A stretch of 64,000 bases of DNA from Acidobacteriota bacterium (GTDB lineage Bacteria; Acidobacteriota; Polarisedimenticolia; Polarisedimenticolales; DASRJG01): assembly GCA_032124015.1 (NCBI GenBank), contig JAQBEH010000096.1, positions 11,027-75,026 of the forward strand, in the 5' to 3' direction. Under the pieces are notes generated by a model. The model worked only from the letters and a program-made list of their open reading frames with translations, was not told the DNA's origin and made no database searches. Below are positions 52,726 to 61,259 of the stretch, one piece after another. Each line of letters begins with the position of its first letter. Within the stretch, counting starts at the first letter, position 1. A program made the position numbers and the translations under genes.

Positions 52726-53120
52726 GTGGGCATGGTAGCTCCCCGGCCACGGCGCGTGGGCGTTTCATTTGCTTTCGGGCTCGGTTGATCCGATGGGGCC
52801 TGTGAGCAACACCTCGCGTTCTGCTGTTCGTCGCGGTGTTCAAACACCACGACGAAATCGTCATGGCGATCGAGGACGTGCCGGGCGGGGTTTTGGTGAG
52901 GGAGACGTCGCAGAAACCTGACGTCGTGAAATTGATCCGCGCCCACGCCAAGACGGTCTCGTAGTTCGCGAAAAGTGGCTTCGAGCGGGCTCACGAGGCT
53001 TCCCCGCTGCCCGAGGGCCGCCCAGCGCCCAAGGTCGATCCGGCGAACTGATCGTTCCAGCGGCGGGAGCCGATCCGCGTAGCCGAACAGGGGCGCCGGA
53101 TCGATCTCGCTACGGCCCGC

Positions 53121-53588
53121 TCAGCCGCCGAAACCGAGGTCGCGGCAGAACGTCTCCTGTATCAAATCCGTCTCCTCGTGCTCGTGTTCCTCGAGGTGCG
53201 ACAGGATCGACAGGGCCCAACGCCGGAGGCGGACATCCTCGAGGGGCTTCGCCTCGCCGTAGACCATCGCCGCGCCGAGCAGCGCCCGGAGGTCCGCGAG
53301 CATCCGATCGTGGTCCCGGCGCAAGCTTTCGAGCGCCGCCGCGGCCGCGGGGTTCGCCCGTTCGATCTCCTCCAGCACTCCGCAGCTCTCCTCGTGACGG
53401 AAGTGCCGGAAGATCTTGTCGTGCAATTTCACGAGCCGCTCGGCGAAATCGGTGGCCCAGGTGTGGGCCCCCGGCGCGCCGATCTCGGGCCGCGCCGCCT
53501 CGAGGAACGTCCTCAGCGCGGCGATCATATTCCGGAGCTCTCGGTGCTCGCTGATGATCGTGTCGATAGTGGTGTCGACTTCCTGCAT
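53121..53588 (-). CDS. Hemerythrin-like (HHE cation-binding) domain protein
   Basis: In frame in track ORF 53121..53669. ATG 53588 is preceded by AGGAGG. His/Glu-rich helices (EHRELRNM, HFRHEE, HLEEHEHEE). Confidence 0.8.
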   Translation of the reverse strand: MQEVDTTIDTIISEHRELRNMIAALRTFLEAARPEIGAPGAHTWATDFAERLVKLHDKIFRHFRHEESCGVLEEIERANPAAAAALESLRRDHDRMLADLRALLGAAMVYGEAKPLEDVRLRRWALSILSHLEEHEHEETDLIQETFCRDLGFGG

Positions 53589-53598
53589 GACCGACCTC

Positions 53599-53790
53599 CT
53601 ATTTTTCCGTGGGAGTCTCTGGGGCGGCGGCACGCTGCACGGGCTCAGGCCGAACGCTGTTGCTCCCACATTGCGGGCACGTCCGTTCGGCTACCCGCTT
53701 CGGATCGTAATCGTCCACCTGGAATCGATGGTCGCCCCGAAGGCACTGGAACCACTTCTTGTCTCCCATCGTTCTCACGTCCCCCTTCAT
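53599..53790 (-). CDS. Small zinc-ribbon protein (56-63 aa)
   Basis: C-terminal part of track ORF 53599..54075. ATG 53790 overlaps the hdrA stop (ATGA). An alternative ATG 53769 is preceded by AAGGGGGA. FQCLRGDH...CPQCGS is a zinc-ribbon-like pattern. Confidence 0.55.
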   Translation of the reverse strand: MKGDVRTMGDKKWFQCLRGDHRFQVDDYDPKRVAERTCPQCGSNSVRPEPVQRAAAPETPTEK

Positions 53791-56249
53791 GCGCTCGGGA
53801 CCGCGGTGGCTGCCACCGTGGCGCGCCCCGGGCCGGATTCCTGCGCTTCGAGCACCCGCATCGTCGATTCCACTTCCTCGCGGGACACCTTGCGCAGCAC
53901 GCCGTCGAGCTCGGTCATCACCCGGACGAACTTCTGCCCCTCCGCGGCGCTGATGTACTCGAGCTGGAGCCGCTGGGGCCGGACGCCGAGCTGATCCATC
54001 CGGCTCCACATCTTCTCCACCCGCCGCTGAGTCCACGTCACCGCCTTGATGTAGTGGCAATCGGAGAAGTGGCACCCCGAAACGAGCACCAGCGGAGCGC
54101 CCTTACGGAAAGCGTGCCAGATGAATTTTTCGTCCACACGCCCGCTGCACATCGTTCGGATCAGGCGGACCGACGCCGGGTACTGCAGCCGGGACGTTCC
54201 CGCATTGTCCCCCCCCGCGTACGAGCACCAGTTGCAAGCGAACGCGACGATCTTGTCCATCGGCTCATCGGCGAGGATGGCGTCGATCTGCGCCAGGATC
54301 TGCTGGTCGGAAAAATGCCGCATCGTGATCGCGTCGACCGAGCACTCGGCCGCGCAGGTCCCGCACCCGGCGCAGGCCGCCTCGACGAATACGGGGTACC
54401 GATGTTCCTTCTTTTTCGGCTCCGAGATCGCGTTGTAGGGGCACACGCGCGCGCATCGCCCGCAGAAGTTGCACAGCGTCTCGTCGAATTGCGCGGTGAT
54501 CGCCTCGACGCGGACTTGGCCGGCGGAGAGCAAGTTGCCCGCGCGGGACGCCGCCGCACCGGCCTGCGTCACGGAATCCTTGATGTCCTTCGGCGCTTCC
54601 ACGCATCCCGAAAAGAACACTCCGCGCGTCGGCGCATCGACGGGGCTCAGCTTCGGATGAGCCTCCATCACGAAACCGTCCGAGGTGTGCGAGAGGGTCA
54701 GGAGCTTCTCGACGTCGGGGCTGCCGTTCGCGGCGACGCGGGGTACGAGACCGACCGCCAGCACGAGCATGTCGAGCCGGTGCTTTTCCATGCGTCCCGT
54801 CGTCGTGTTCTCGACGTGCACCACGAGGTCGTGCGAGGCGGGGTCTTCTTCCACCAGGCCCGGGAGTCCCCGAACGTATCGCGCCCCGGACTCCCGGCTC
54901 CGCCGGTAGAGGTCTTCGAATCCCTTCCCGGATGCCCGAATGTCCGTGTAGAAAACCGTGGAGCTCGCTTCCGGATAGTGCTCGGCGATTTGCAGCGTCT
55001 GTTTGATCGTGTTCATGCAGCAGATGTTCGAGCAGTAGGGCACGCCCTCCGACGCGCACCGCGACCCAACGCATTGCACGAACCCGATCGACCGCGGTTC
55101 GCGCTGATCCGAAAGGCGCAACAGATGACCGCCCGTCGGTCCCCCGGCGCAGATCAACCTCTCGAACTCCATGCTGGTGACGACGTTGGGAAAGCGGGTC
55201 CAACCGTACTCGTCGTTCCGTCGCGGGTCGTACACGTCCATGCCGGTGGCGACGACGATCGCCCCGACCGGAATGTCCAGAATCTCCGGAGTCATGTCGA
55301 AGTCGATGCACTTCTTGTCGCAGACCTCGAGACATCGACCGCAGGTGAGTGGCTTGTTGCCGAGGCAATTCTCCATGTCCAGCGCGTACGCCGAGGGGAC
55401 GGCCTGAGGAAACGGCGAGTAGATCGCCTTGCGGGAAGAAAGGCCCTGCTGGTACTCGTCGGGGACGACGACGGGGCAGACCTTGGCGCATTCTCCGCAC
55501 GAGGTGCAATCCGATTGCGAGACGTAGCGCGGGTTGCGGCGAACGCGCACCCTGAAGTTCCCGACGAAACCGCCGACGTCTTCGACTTCAGAACCGACCA
55601 GGAGCTTGATCCGCGGATGTCGACCGACATCCATCATCTTTGGGCCGAGAATTCATATCGAGCAGTCCATCGTCGGGTAGGTCTTGTCCAACGTGGACAT
55701 GATCCCGCCGATGGACGCCTGCCTCTCCACCAGGTAGACCTGGTGCCTGGCCGCGGCCAGCTCCAGCGCGGCCTCGATCCCGGCGACCCCGCCTCCGATC
55801 ACCATCACCGCATCGGTGACCGGGAACGTCTTTTCGTCCTGCGCCTCCAGGAGCCTCGCGCGCTCGACGGCGCTGTGAACCAGGTCTCTCGCCTTTCGCG
55901 TCGCGGCGGCGCGGTCTCCCATGTGAACCCACGAGCATTGCTCGCGGATGTTCGCCATCTCCATCAGGTAGGGGTTGAGTCCCGCCTGGGCCACGCACCG
56001 GCGAAAGGTCGGCTCGTGGATCTTGGGCGTGCACGACGCCACCACGACCCGGTCGAGGTCGTGCTCGGCAATGGCCTTCTTGATCTCGTTCTGCCCGGGA
56101 TCGGCGCAGGTGTACCGGTTGCGGACGACGACGGCGACGCCCGGCAGCGTTTTCGCGAAGCGGGCCACGTCCTCGGTGTCGACGGTGCCGGCGATGTTCA
56201 GGCCGCAGTCGCAGACGAACACGCCGATGCGTTGGGCTGGTGAGGTCAT
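53787..56249 (-). CDS. hdrA: Heterodisulfide reductase subunit A-like flavoprotein fused to an MvhD-like domain, with an in-frame TGA (55653-55655) read as selenocysteine
   Basis: Track ORFs 55653..56384 and 53787..55637 are in one frame, separated only by TGA. The joined sequence is ...LDKTYPTMDCSI-U-ILGPKMMDVGRHPRIKL. ATG 56249 is preceded by GGGAGGAG and overlaps the upstream stop (ATGA). N-terminal VFVCDCG Fe-S motif, GGGVAGIEAA FAD motif, internal ferredoxin Cys clusters. The C-terminal FACNWCSYAGGD...VSGCHFSDCHY is an MvhD/FlpD-type domain. Confidence 0.85.
55608..55638 (-). other. Candidate bacterial SECIS hairpin downstream of the hdrA UGA
   Basis: In mRNA sense the sequence is GGAUGUC-GGUC-GACAUCC (55632 down to 55615), a perfect 7-bp stem with a 4-nt GGUC loop starting 20 nt after the UGA. 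Flanking GAU/AUC could extend the stem across an internal loop. Confidence 0.5.
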
Positions 56250-57406
56250 CGTGCTCCTCCCGGATCCGCGAGAAGGCTCGCGGCGAGAACCGTGAAGTCC
56301 AAAACCTCGATCGACGGCCCCCCGACCCCTGCGCGCCGGGCTTCGGCTTGTGCGCAGGAGAAATGGATGAGGCACTTGGGGCATGCCGTGACGAGCGTCG
56401 ACGCCCCGGTGGCCGACGCCTCGGCGAGCCGGTCGTACTGGATCGCCCGGCTGGAGGCGTCGCAGTGGATGAAACCGCTCGTCCCGCAGCAGGCCGCGTC
56501 TCGTCCGGTCCGGGGCATCTCGACGAGCGTCGCGTTCGGGAGGGCCTCGAGCACGCGGCGTGGAGCGTCGACGATTCCCATGTGCCGGCTGAGCCGGCAG
56601 GGGTCTTGGTAGGTGAGCGTCCGGTCGCCTCCGGTTCTAAACGTCAAGGCGGAGCGGGCGACCTGCTCCGCGACGAACTCCGAGACGTGCTCCACACGCG
56701 GGGCGTACCCTCCTGCGACTTCCGGATAGTCGAGCTTCCATGTCCGACAGCACTCGGCGCACGCGGTCACGATGCGCTTCACGCCGCGGTCGGCGAACGC
56801 CTTCGCGTTCGCCTGCGCCAGCGCGGTGAACGCTTCGCGTTCGCCGTTCCAGAAGAGGTCGTGCCCGCAGCATCGTTCCTCGGGGACCAGCACGGGACGG
56901 ATCCCCGCGCCGTTGAGCAACCGGATGGCCGACCGCGCGATCTCCAGAGGCCGCACGCCGAGCTCGGGTCCGAAGTACGCGTCGAAGAGCGGAAGGCAGC
57001 CGACGAACAGCCCGACCTCACCTTCCTCGGCGATCTCGAGGCCGTCGCCGAGCGAGGACACGTCCCTCGGAGGCGGCGGCTCCACGGCCATCGAGCGGGC
57101 CGCGTGCTGGAACACGCCTCCGTGCGGCGCCGGCGGATGCGATTCGAGAGGGATCTTCTCGCGCAGGCCCCGAATGAAATCCGTGAAGCGAACGCCCTGG
57201 GGACAACGAACCTCGCAGGAGCCGCAGGTCAAGCACCGCCCGACAGCTTCGCCGTGATCGTGGAACTCGTCCTCGAGTCCTTCGGCCACGATGAGGCGGG
57301 CGGAAAACCGCCCCGGGCTCGCGAGCGGGCACATGCTCGTGCATTTTCCGCAGGCCAGACAGCGCGCGGCACCCGTGGAACGCCTCAGTTCCGCATTACG
57401 GCTCAT
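56246..57406 (-). CDS. HdrC/HdrB fusion-type iron-sulfur protein (two 4Fe-4S motifs plus two CCG domains)
   Basis: In frame in track ORF 56246..58093. ATG 57406 overlaps the upstream stop (ATGA). CLACGKCTSMCP and CLTCGSCEVRCP resemble HdrC. EERCCGHD and DAACCGTSG are CCG domains as in HdrB. Confidence 0.85.
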   Translation of the reverse strand: MSRNAELRRSTGAARCLACGKCTSMCPLASPGRFSARLIVAEGLEDEFHDHGEAVGRCLTCGSCEVRCPQGVRFTDFIRGLREKIPLESHPPAPHGGVFQHAARSMAVEPPPPRDVSSLGDGLEIAEEGEVGLFVGCLPLFDAYFGPELGVRPLEIARSAIRLLNGAGIRPVLVPEERCCGHDLFWNGEREAFTALAQANAKAFADRGVKRIVTACAECCRTWKLDYPEVAGGYAPRVEHVSEFVAEQVARSALTFRTGGDRTLTYQDPCRLSRHMGIVDAPRRVLEALPNATLVEMPRTGRDAACCGTSGFIHCDASSRAIQYDRLAEASATGASTLVTACPKCLIHFSCAQAEARRAGVGGPSIEVLDFTVLAASLLADPGGAR

Positions 57407-59781
57407 GACGCGCCCCCCGTTCCGACGAACGTCGCGACGGGGTCCTCCAACCGGTCGAAAGCCCTTCCGGCGGACCAGTCCGTGACGACGCGGTCGGCGC
57501 CCGATCCCAGCAGCTTCAACAGGGCTTGCGCTCGCGCGACTTCCGCCGCAGCGAGCCTGGCGCCCGGTCCGAACCGACAGCGGTCTTCGGCGCACCCCGC
57601 CACCAGCACGTGCGCGCCGCCTCGCCCGGCCAGGTCGAGCAGCATGCCGGCGTCCACCTGTCCGACGCAGCGCAGTCGGATCACCTCGACGCGGATTCCG
57701 GATCGTTCGAGGGCCGGCTCGAGCGCCCCCGCCCGCCGCTGGCAGGCGAGAACGACGTGTCTCGTCGCGCTCCCGTCGCGCGGGGCCAAGGCATCGGCGA
57801 TCCTGCGTCCCCACCATTCCGGAGACAGAGCGCTCGAACGAGCCGCGTCGGTCGAACAGACCGACGTGCAGAGGCTGCAGCCGCGGCACAGGGCGGGCTC
57901 GATGCGCGCCCGCTTGCGTCCGTCCGCGCCGTCCACCAAGGAGACCGCGTGGAACGGGCAGACCTCGACGCACTTGGCGCAGCCCCGGCACCGATCCTCG
58001 ACGACACGGTTCCGCACCGGGAGGAGCTCGAGCGCGAGCGCCTCGGAGAGATCGACGCTGGAAGCGACCGGGCCGCACTGCGGGAGAAGCCACGCGGGGG
58101 CCGGGCGTTCGACGTCGAGCGACAGCGCCACGGTCGCCGGCACGCGGAGCAACGCGGTCGACGCGTTCCGTTCGCCATTGACGGTGCGGATCATCACGTG
58201 CCGGCGCTCACAGGACGAAGCACAGGTCCGGCACTCGCCGCACGGTCCGCACCGCAGGCAGCGCCGCGCCTCGGCGACGGCCTCGGCGGCGGTGTACGCC
58301 TGCTCGACCTCGGCGAACTTTTTCCCCCGGGACGGTGCGATCGTCGCGGGACGGATCCGCGTCGCCTCGACGGGGGTCGCGTCGGGGATCTCGTACTCTT
58401 CCGCGGCGCGACCCTCCGGCCGTTCCTCGCGGATCGCCGCGCGGCCTTCCGTGAGGAACCGGCGGACCGATTCGGCGGCGCGATGCCCGGCCGCGATCGC
58501 TTCGATGATGGTCGCCGGACCGGTCACCATGTCCCCCGCCGCGAACACGCGGCCGAGACGCGTCAGCGACGTCCGTTCGTCGATCTCGATCCGGTCGTCG
58601 GGGCACGCCTTCGCGCGTACGTTCGACGGGAGGAAGGAGAAGTCGACCCGCTGCCCCACCGCGGCGAGAACGCCGTCGGCTGAGATCTTGAATTCGGTTC
58701 CGGGGATCACGATCGGCTCGCGCCGGCCCTGGGCATCCACCGGGCCGAGGCCGACCTTCTTGCATTCGAGGCCGACCAGCCGGCCGCCGTCGGTGAGCAC
58801 CTGCGACGGTGCGACCAGGTATCGGAAGCGAATCCCCTCCGCCTCGGCGGCTTCGACCTCGTCGGCTCCGGCGAGGAGCTCGTCCTGGGACCGCCTATAG
58901 AGGATCTCCACGCGGGAGGCGCCGAGGCGTCGCGCGGTGCGCGCGGCCTCGATCGCCGTCGAGCCGCCGCCGATGACCAGGACGTGCCGCCCCGCGGTGC
59001 GCAGATCGCCCCCGTTGACCCGACGCAGGAAAGCGAGCGCGTCCTGGACGCCGCGGCATCTCTCTTCACCGGGGACGCCGAGCTTGCGCCCCACCTGCGC
59101 GCCCACGGCGAGAACGACTGCTTCGTATCCGCGACCGCGCAGCGCGTCGAGCTCGACGTCCGTCCCGAGCCGCGTGCCGGTCCGGATCTCCACTCCCGCG
59201 CGCTCGAGCACGCCGATCTCCGCGGCGAGGACTTCGCGCGGGAGGCGGTAGGCCGCGATCCCGTAGCGGAGCATCCCACCCGGTTCCGCCTCCGCCTCGA
59301 ACACGGTGACGGGGAATCCGGCGAGGCGAAGGTCGTACGCCACCGTGAGGCCGGCGGGGCCGGAGCCGATCACCGCTACGGCCGGCCCGCGCGCGTCTCC
59401 CGAAGGCGGCGAGGGACGCGGCAGCTCGCGCTCGAGGTCGGCGACGAACCGCTTGAGGGAACGGATGGACACCGGTTCGTCCACGCGCCCGCGCTTGCAC
59501 GCCAACTCGCAGGGATGGCTGCAAACTCGGCCGCAAATCCCGGGGAGCGGACAGCGCCGCCTCACGACCTCGAGCGCCTCGGCGAAGCGGTGCTCGGCGA
59601 CCAGCGAGACGTACGCCTTGACCTGGACCCCGGCGGGGCAGGCCTGCGTGCACGGGGCCGGGACGATACGGCGGACCGGAATCGCGGAGGGTTGAAGGGA
59701 GGGCGCCCACAAACCCCTTCCGGCCAGGTCTTCGAAGCGGCTCACGGAAGCCGAGAGAGTCGAGGTGGTCTGTGCCTTCAT
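57403..59781 (-). CDS. NfnB/GltD-like NAD(P)H:flavin oxidoreductase fused to a 2x[4Fe-4S] ferredoxin module and a C-terminal MvhD-like domain
   Basis: Track ORF, 792 aa. ATG overlaps the upstream stop (ATGA). N-terminal Cys clusters (CPAGV, CPLPGICGRVCSHPCELAC). VAVIGSGPAGLTVAYDL and VLVIGGGSTAIEAA are dinucleotide folds. CRGCAKCVEVCP and CRGCSLCTSVC are ferredoxin motifs. The tail HVVLACQRRAG...LRCVGQVD...VAGCAEDRCRF is MvhD-like. Confidence 0.85.
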   Translation of the reverse strand: MKAQTTSTLSASVSRFEDLAGRGLWAPSLQPSAIPVRRIVPAPCTQACPAGVQVKAYVSLVAEHRFAEALEVVRRRCPLPGICGRVCSHPCELACKRGRVDEPVSIRSLKRFVADLERELPRPSPPSGDARGPAVAVIGSGPAGLTVAYDLRLAGFPVTVFEAEAEPGGMLRYGIAAYRLPREVLAAEIGVLERAGVEIRTGTRLGTDVELDALRGRGYEAVVLAVGAQVGRKLGVPGEERCRGVQDALAFLRRVNGGDLRTAGRHVLVIGGGSTAIEAARTARRLGASRVEILYRRSQDELLAGADEVEAAEAEGIRFRYLVAPSQVLTDGGRLVGLECKKVGLGPVDAQGRREPIVIPGTEFKISADGVLAAVGQRVDFSFLPSNVRAKACPDDRIEIDERTSLTRLGRVFAAGDMVTGPATIIEAIAAGHRAAESVRRFLTEGRAAIREERPEGRAAEEYEIPDATPVEATRIRPATIAPSRGKKFAEVEQAYTAAEAVAEARRCLRCGPCGECRTCASSCERRHVMIRTVNGERNASTALLRVPATVALSLDVERPAPAWLLPQCGPVASSVDLSEALALELLPVRNRVVEDRCRGCAKCVEVCPFHAVSLVDGADGRKRARIEPALCRGCSLCTSVCSTDAARSSALSPEWWGRRIADALAPRDGSATRHVVLACQRRAGALEPALERSGIRVEVIRLRCVGQVDAGMLLDLAGRGGAHVLVAGCAEDRCRFGPGARLAAAEVARAQALLKLLGSGADRVVTDWSAGRAFDRLEDPVATFVGTGGAS

Positions 59782-60347
59782 GGAGTCGCCTCCACCGCCT
59801 CGCCGGTGCGCGCGATCGACCGGCCGAGCTCGAGTCCCCGCGTGAACGCCGCGAGGTTCAACTCCTCCGTCCCGCTCGGCACCGACTCACGGATCGCTTC
59901 ACGCATCGCGTCCGGCGAGACGACATCCGTGGCCGCGGTGAACACTCCCGCCATGACCATGTTCGCAGCGATCCTCTTACCCAACTTCTCGGCGGCAAGT
60001 GTGGCGGGGACGGAGACGACCCGCACGCGGTCCACGTCGCCGGGAGTGACGAGCGACTCGTCGACGATGACGATTCCGCCGTCCCGCACCTCTCCAACGA
60101 ACGTCTGGTACGCGTCCTGGGACATCGCGACGAGAATGTCGGTGCCGCGGACGTACGGGTACATCACCTGCTCGTCCGAGACGACGAGCTGAGCGCTGCA
60201 CGCGCTCCCCCGCGCCTCGGGACCGAAGGCCTGATTGAGCGTCGCGTGCCGCCCGTCGACGACCGCGGCCGCCCGGCCGACCACGTAGGCGCAGAGGATC
60301 ATCCCCTGACCGCCCAAGCCCGAAAACCGCATCTCGGTGGTCGCCAC
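59778..60347 (-). CDS. 2-oxoacid:ferredoxin oxidoreductase, gamma subunit
   Basis: Track ORF, 189 aa, GTG start (alternative ATG 60333). RFSGLGGQGMIL is a typical gamma-subunit N-terminus. Confidence 0.85.
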   Translation of the reverse strand: MATTEMRFSGLGGQGMILCAYVVGRAAAVVDGRHATLNQAFGPEARGSACSAQLVVSDEQVMYPYVRGTDILVAMSQDAYQTFVGEVRDGGIVIVDESLVTPGDVDRVRVVSVPATLAAEKLGKRIAANMVMAGVFTAATDVVSPDAMREAIRESVPSGTEELNLAAFTRGLELGRSIARTGEAVEATP

Positions 60348-60362
60348 GGCCGTCGCTCCCTT

Positions 60363-61259
60363 CTACCGATCCAGCAGCGCCCGCCGCTCGGAGCGGTCGG
60401 TTCCCGCCGCGTCGATCCGCGTATAGGCCTCGCCCAACGCCGCCTTCATGCTCTCGTCGATCTTGTCCTGGAGGGTCGGCTTCTCGATGTCGACGAAGGT
60501 CCCGATCGTGATCCGCCCTTTGAAGCCGATGTCTACCGTCCCCGGATCGGCGCCGTTGCGCACGTCGGTCATGTCGCGGAGCATCCGCATCCAGTCGAGG
60601 CCGGAACCGAGCTTGTTGCGGCGCGTGTAAAGGGTCGGACAGGGACTGATGACCTCGACGAACGCGAAGCCGCGCTTGGCGAGGGCGGCCTCCATCGAGC
60701 GGATCAGCTGCCGCACGTGGAGGGTCGTCCAGCGGGCGACGTACACGGCGCCGCAACTCGCCGCAAGAGCGGGGAGGCTGAACGGGTGCTCGAAGGTTCC
60801 GTAGGGGGTCGTCGGGCTCACGGCACCCAGCGGCGTCGTCGGGGCGACCTGGCCTCCGGTCATCGCGTAGTTGAAGTTGTTGACGCAGATCACGGTGAGA
60901 TCCACGTTCCGCCGGGCGGCGTGAATGAAATGGTTGCCGCCGATCGAGATGAGGTCGCCGTCTCCGCTGAACACCACGACCTTGAGCCCGGGATTCGCCA
61001 GCTTGAGGCCGGTGGCGAACGGGATGGCGCGGCCGTGGGTCGTGTGGAAGGAATCGAGCCGGACGTAGCCGGCCACGCGACCGGTGCAGCCGATCCCGGA
61101 AACGACCGCGACCTTGTCGAGGTCCAGCTTCGATCGGACGAGCGCCTCGGTGAAGCTCGACAACGCGGTGCCGATCCCGCACTCCGGGCACCAGATGTGC
61201 GGGAGGCGGTCGGAACGGAGGATGGCCTCCCCGGGATGACCGTGCGGCGTTGCGTTCAT
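60363..61259 (-). CDS. 2-oxoacid:ferredoxin oxidoreductase, beta (TPP-binding) subunit
   Basis: In frame in track ORF 60363..61877. ATG 61259 overlaps the alpha-subunit stop (ATGA). WCPECGIG, SGIGCTG and GDGDLISIGGNHFIHAARRN are beta-subunit motifs. Confidence 0.9.
   Translation of the reverse strand: MNATPHGHPGEAILRSDRLPHIWCPECGIGTALSSFTEALVRSKLDLDKVAVVSGIGCTGRVAGYVRLDSFHTTHGRAIPFATGLKLANPGLKVVVFSGDGDLISIGGNHFIHAARRNVDLTVICVNNFNYAMTGGQVAPTTPLGAVSPTTPYGTFEHPFSLPALAASCGAVYVARWTTLHVRQLIRSMEAALAKRGFAFVEVISPCPTLYTRRNKLGSGLDWMRMLRDMTDVRNGADPGTVDIGFKGRITIGTFVDIEKPTLQDKIDESMKAALGEAYTRIDAAGTDRSERRALLDR

Noticed and set aside
52545-52994. 149-aa minus-strand ORF overlapping the LysE gene start
   Set aside because: Its C-terminal two thirds overlap the LysE gene in another frame. 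Its N-terminal third is antisense to a more protein-like plus-strand remnant. No motif was recognised, so it is not reported as a gene.
53121-53123. The hemerythrin TGA stop is in frame with the following open frame (continuing into track ORF 52545..52994), so I considered a second selenocysteine or read-through event
   Set aside because: The hemerythrin domain is complete before the stop. No Cys-equivalent context or downstream hairpin is visible. The downstream frame has weaker third-position GC than the opposite-strand remnant. In-frame continuation has a one-in-three chance expectation.
53178-58900. 1021-aa (53178..56243) and 886-aa (56240..58900) plus-strand ORFs
   Set aside because: They are antisense to hdrA, hdrC/B and the NfnB-like gene, all of which carry unambiguous cofactor motifs. 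The plus-strand products are low-complexity Arg/Asp/Gly or Ser/Arg/Ala sequence.
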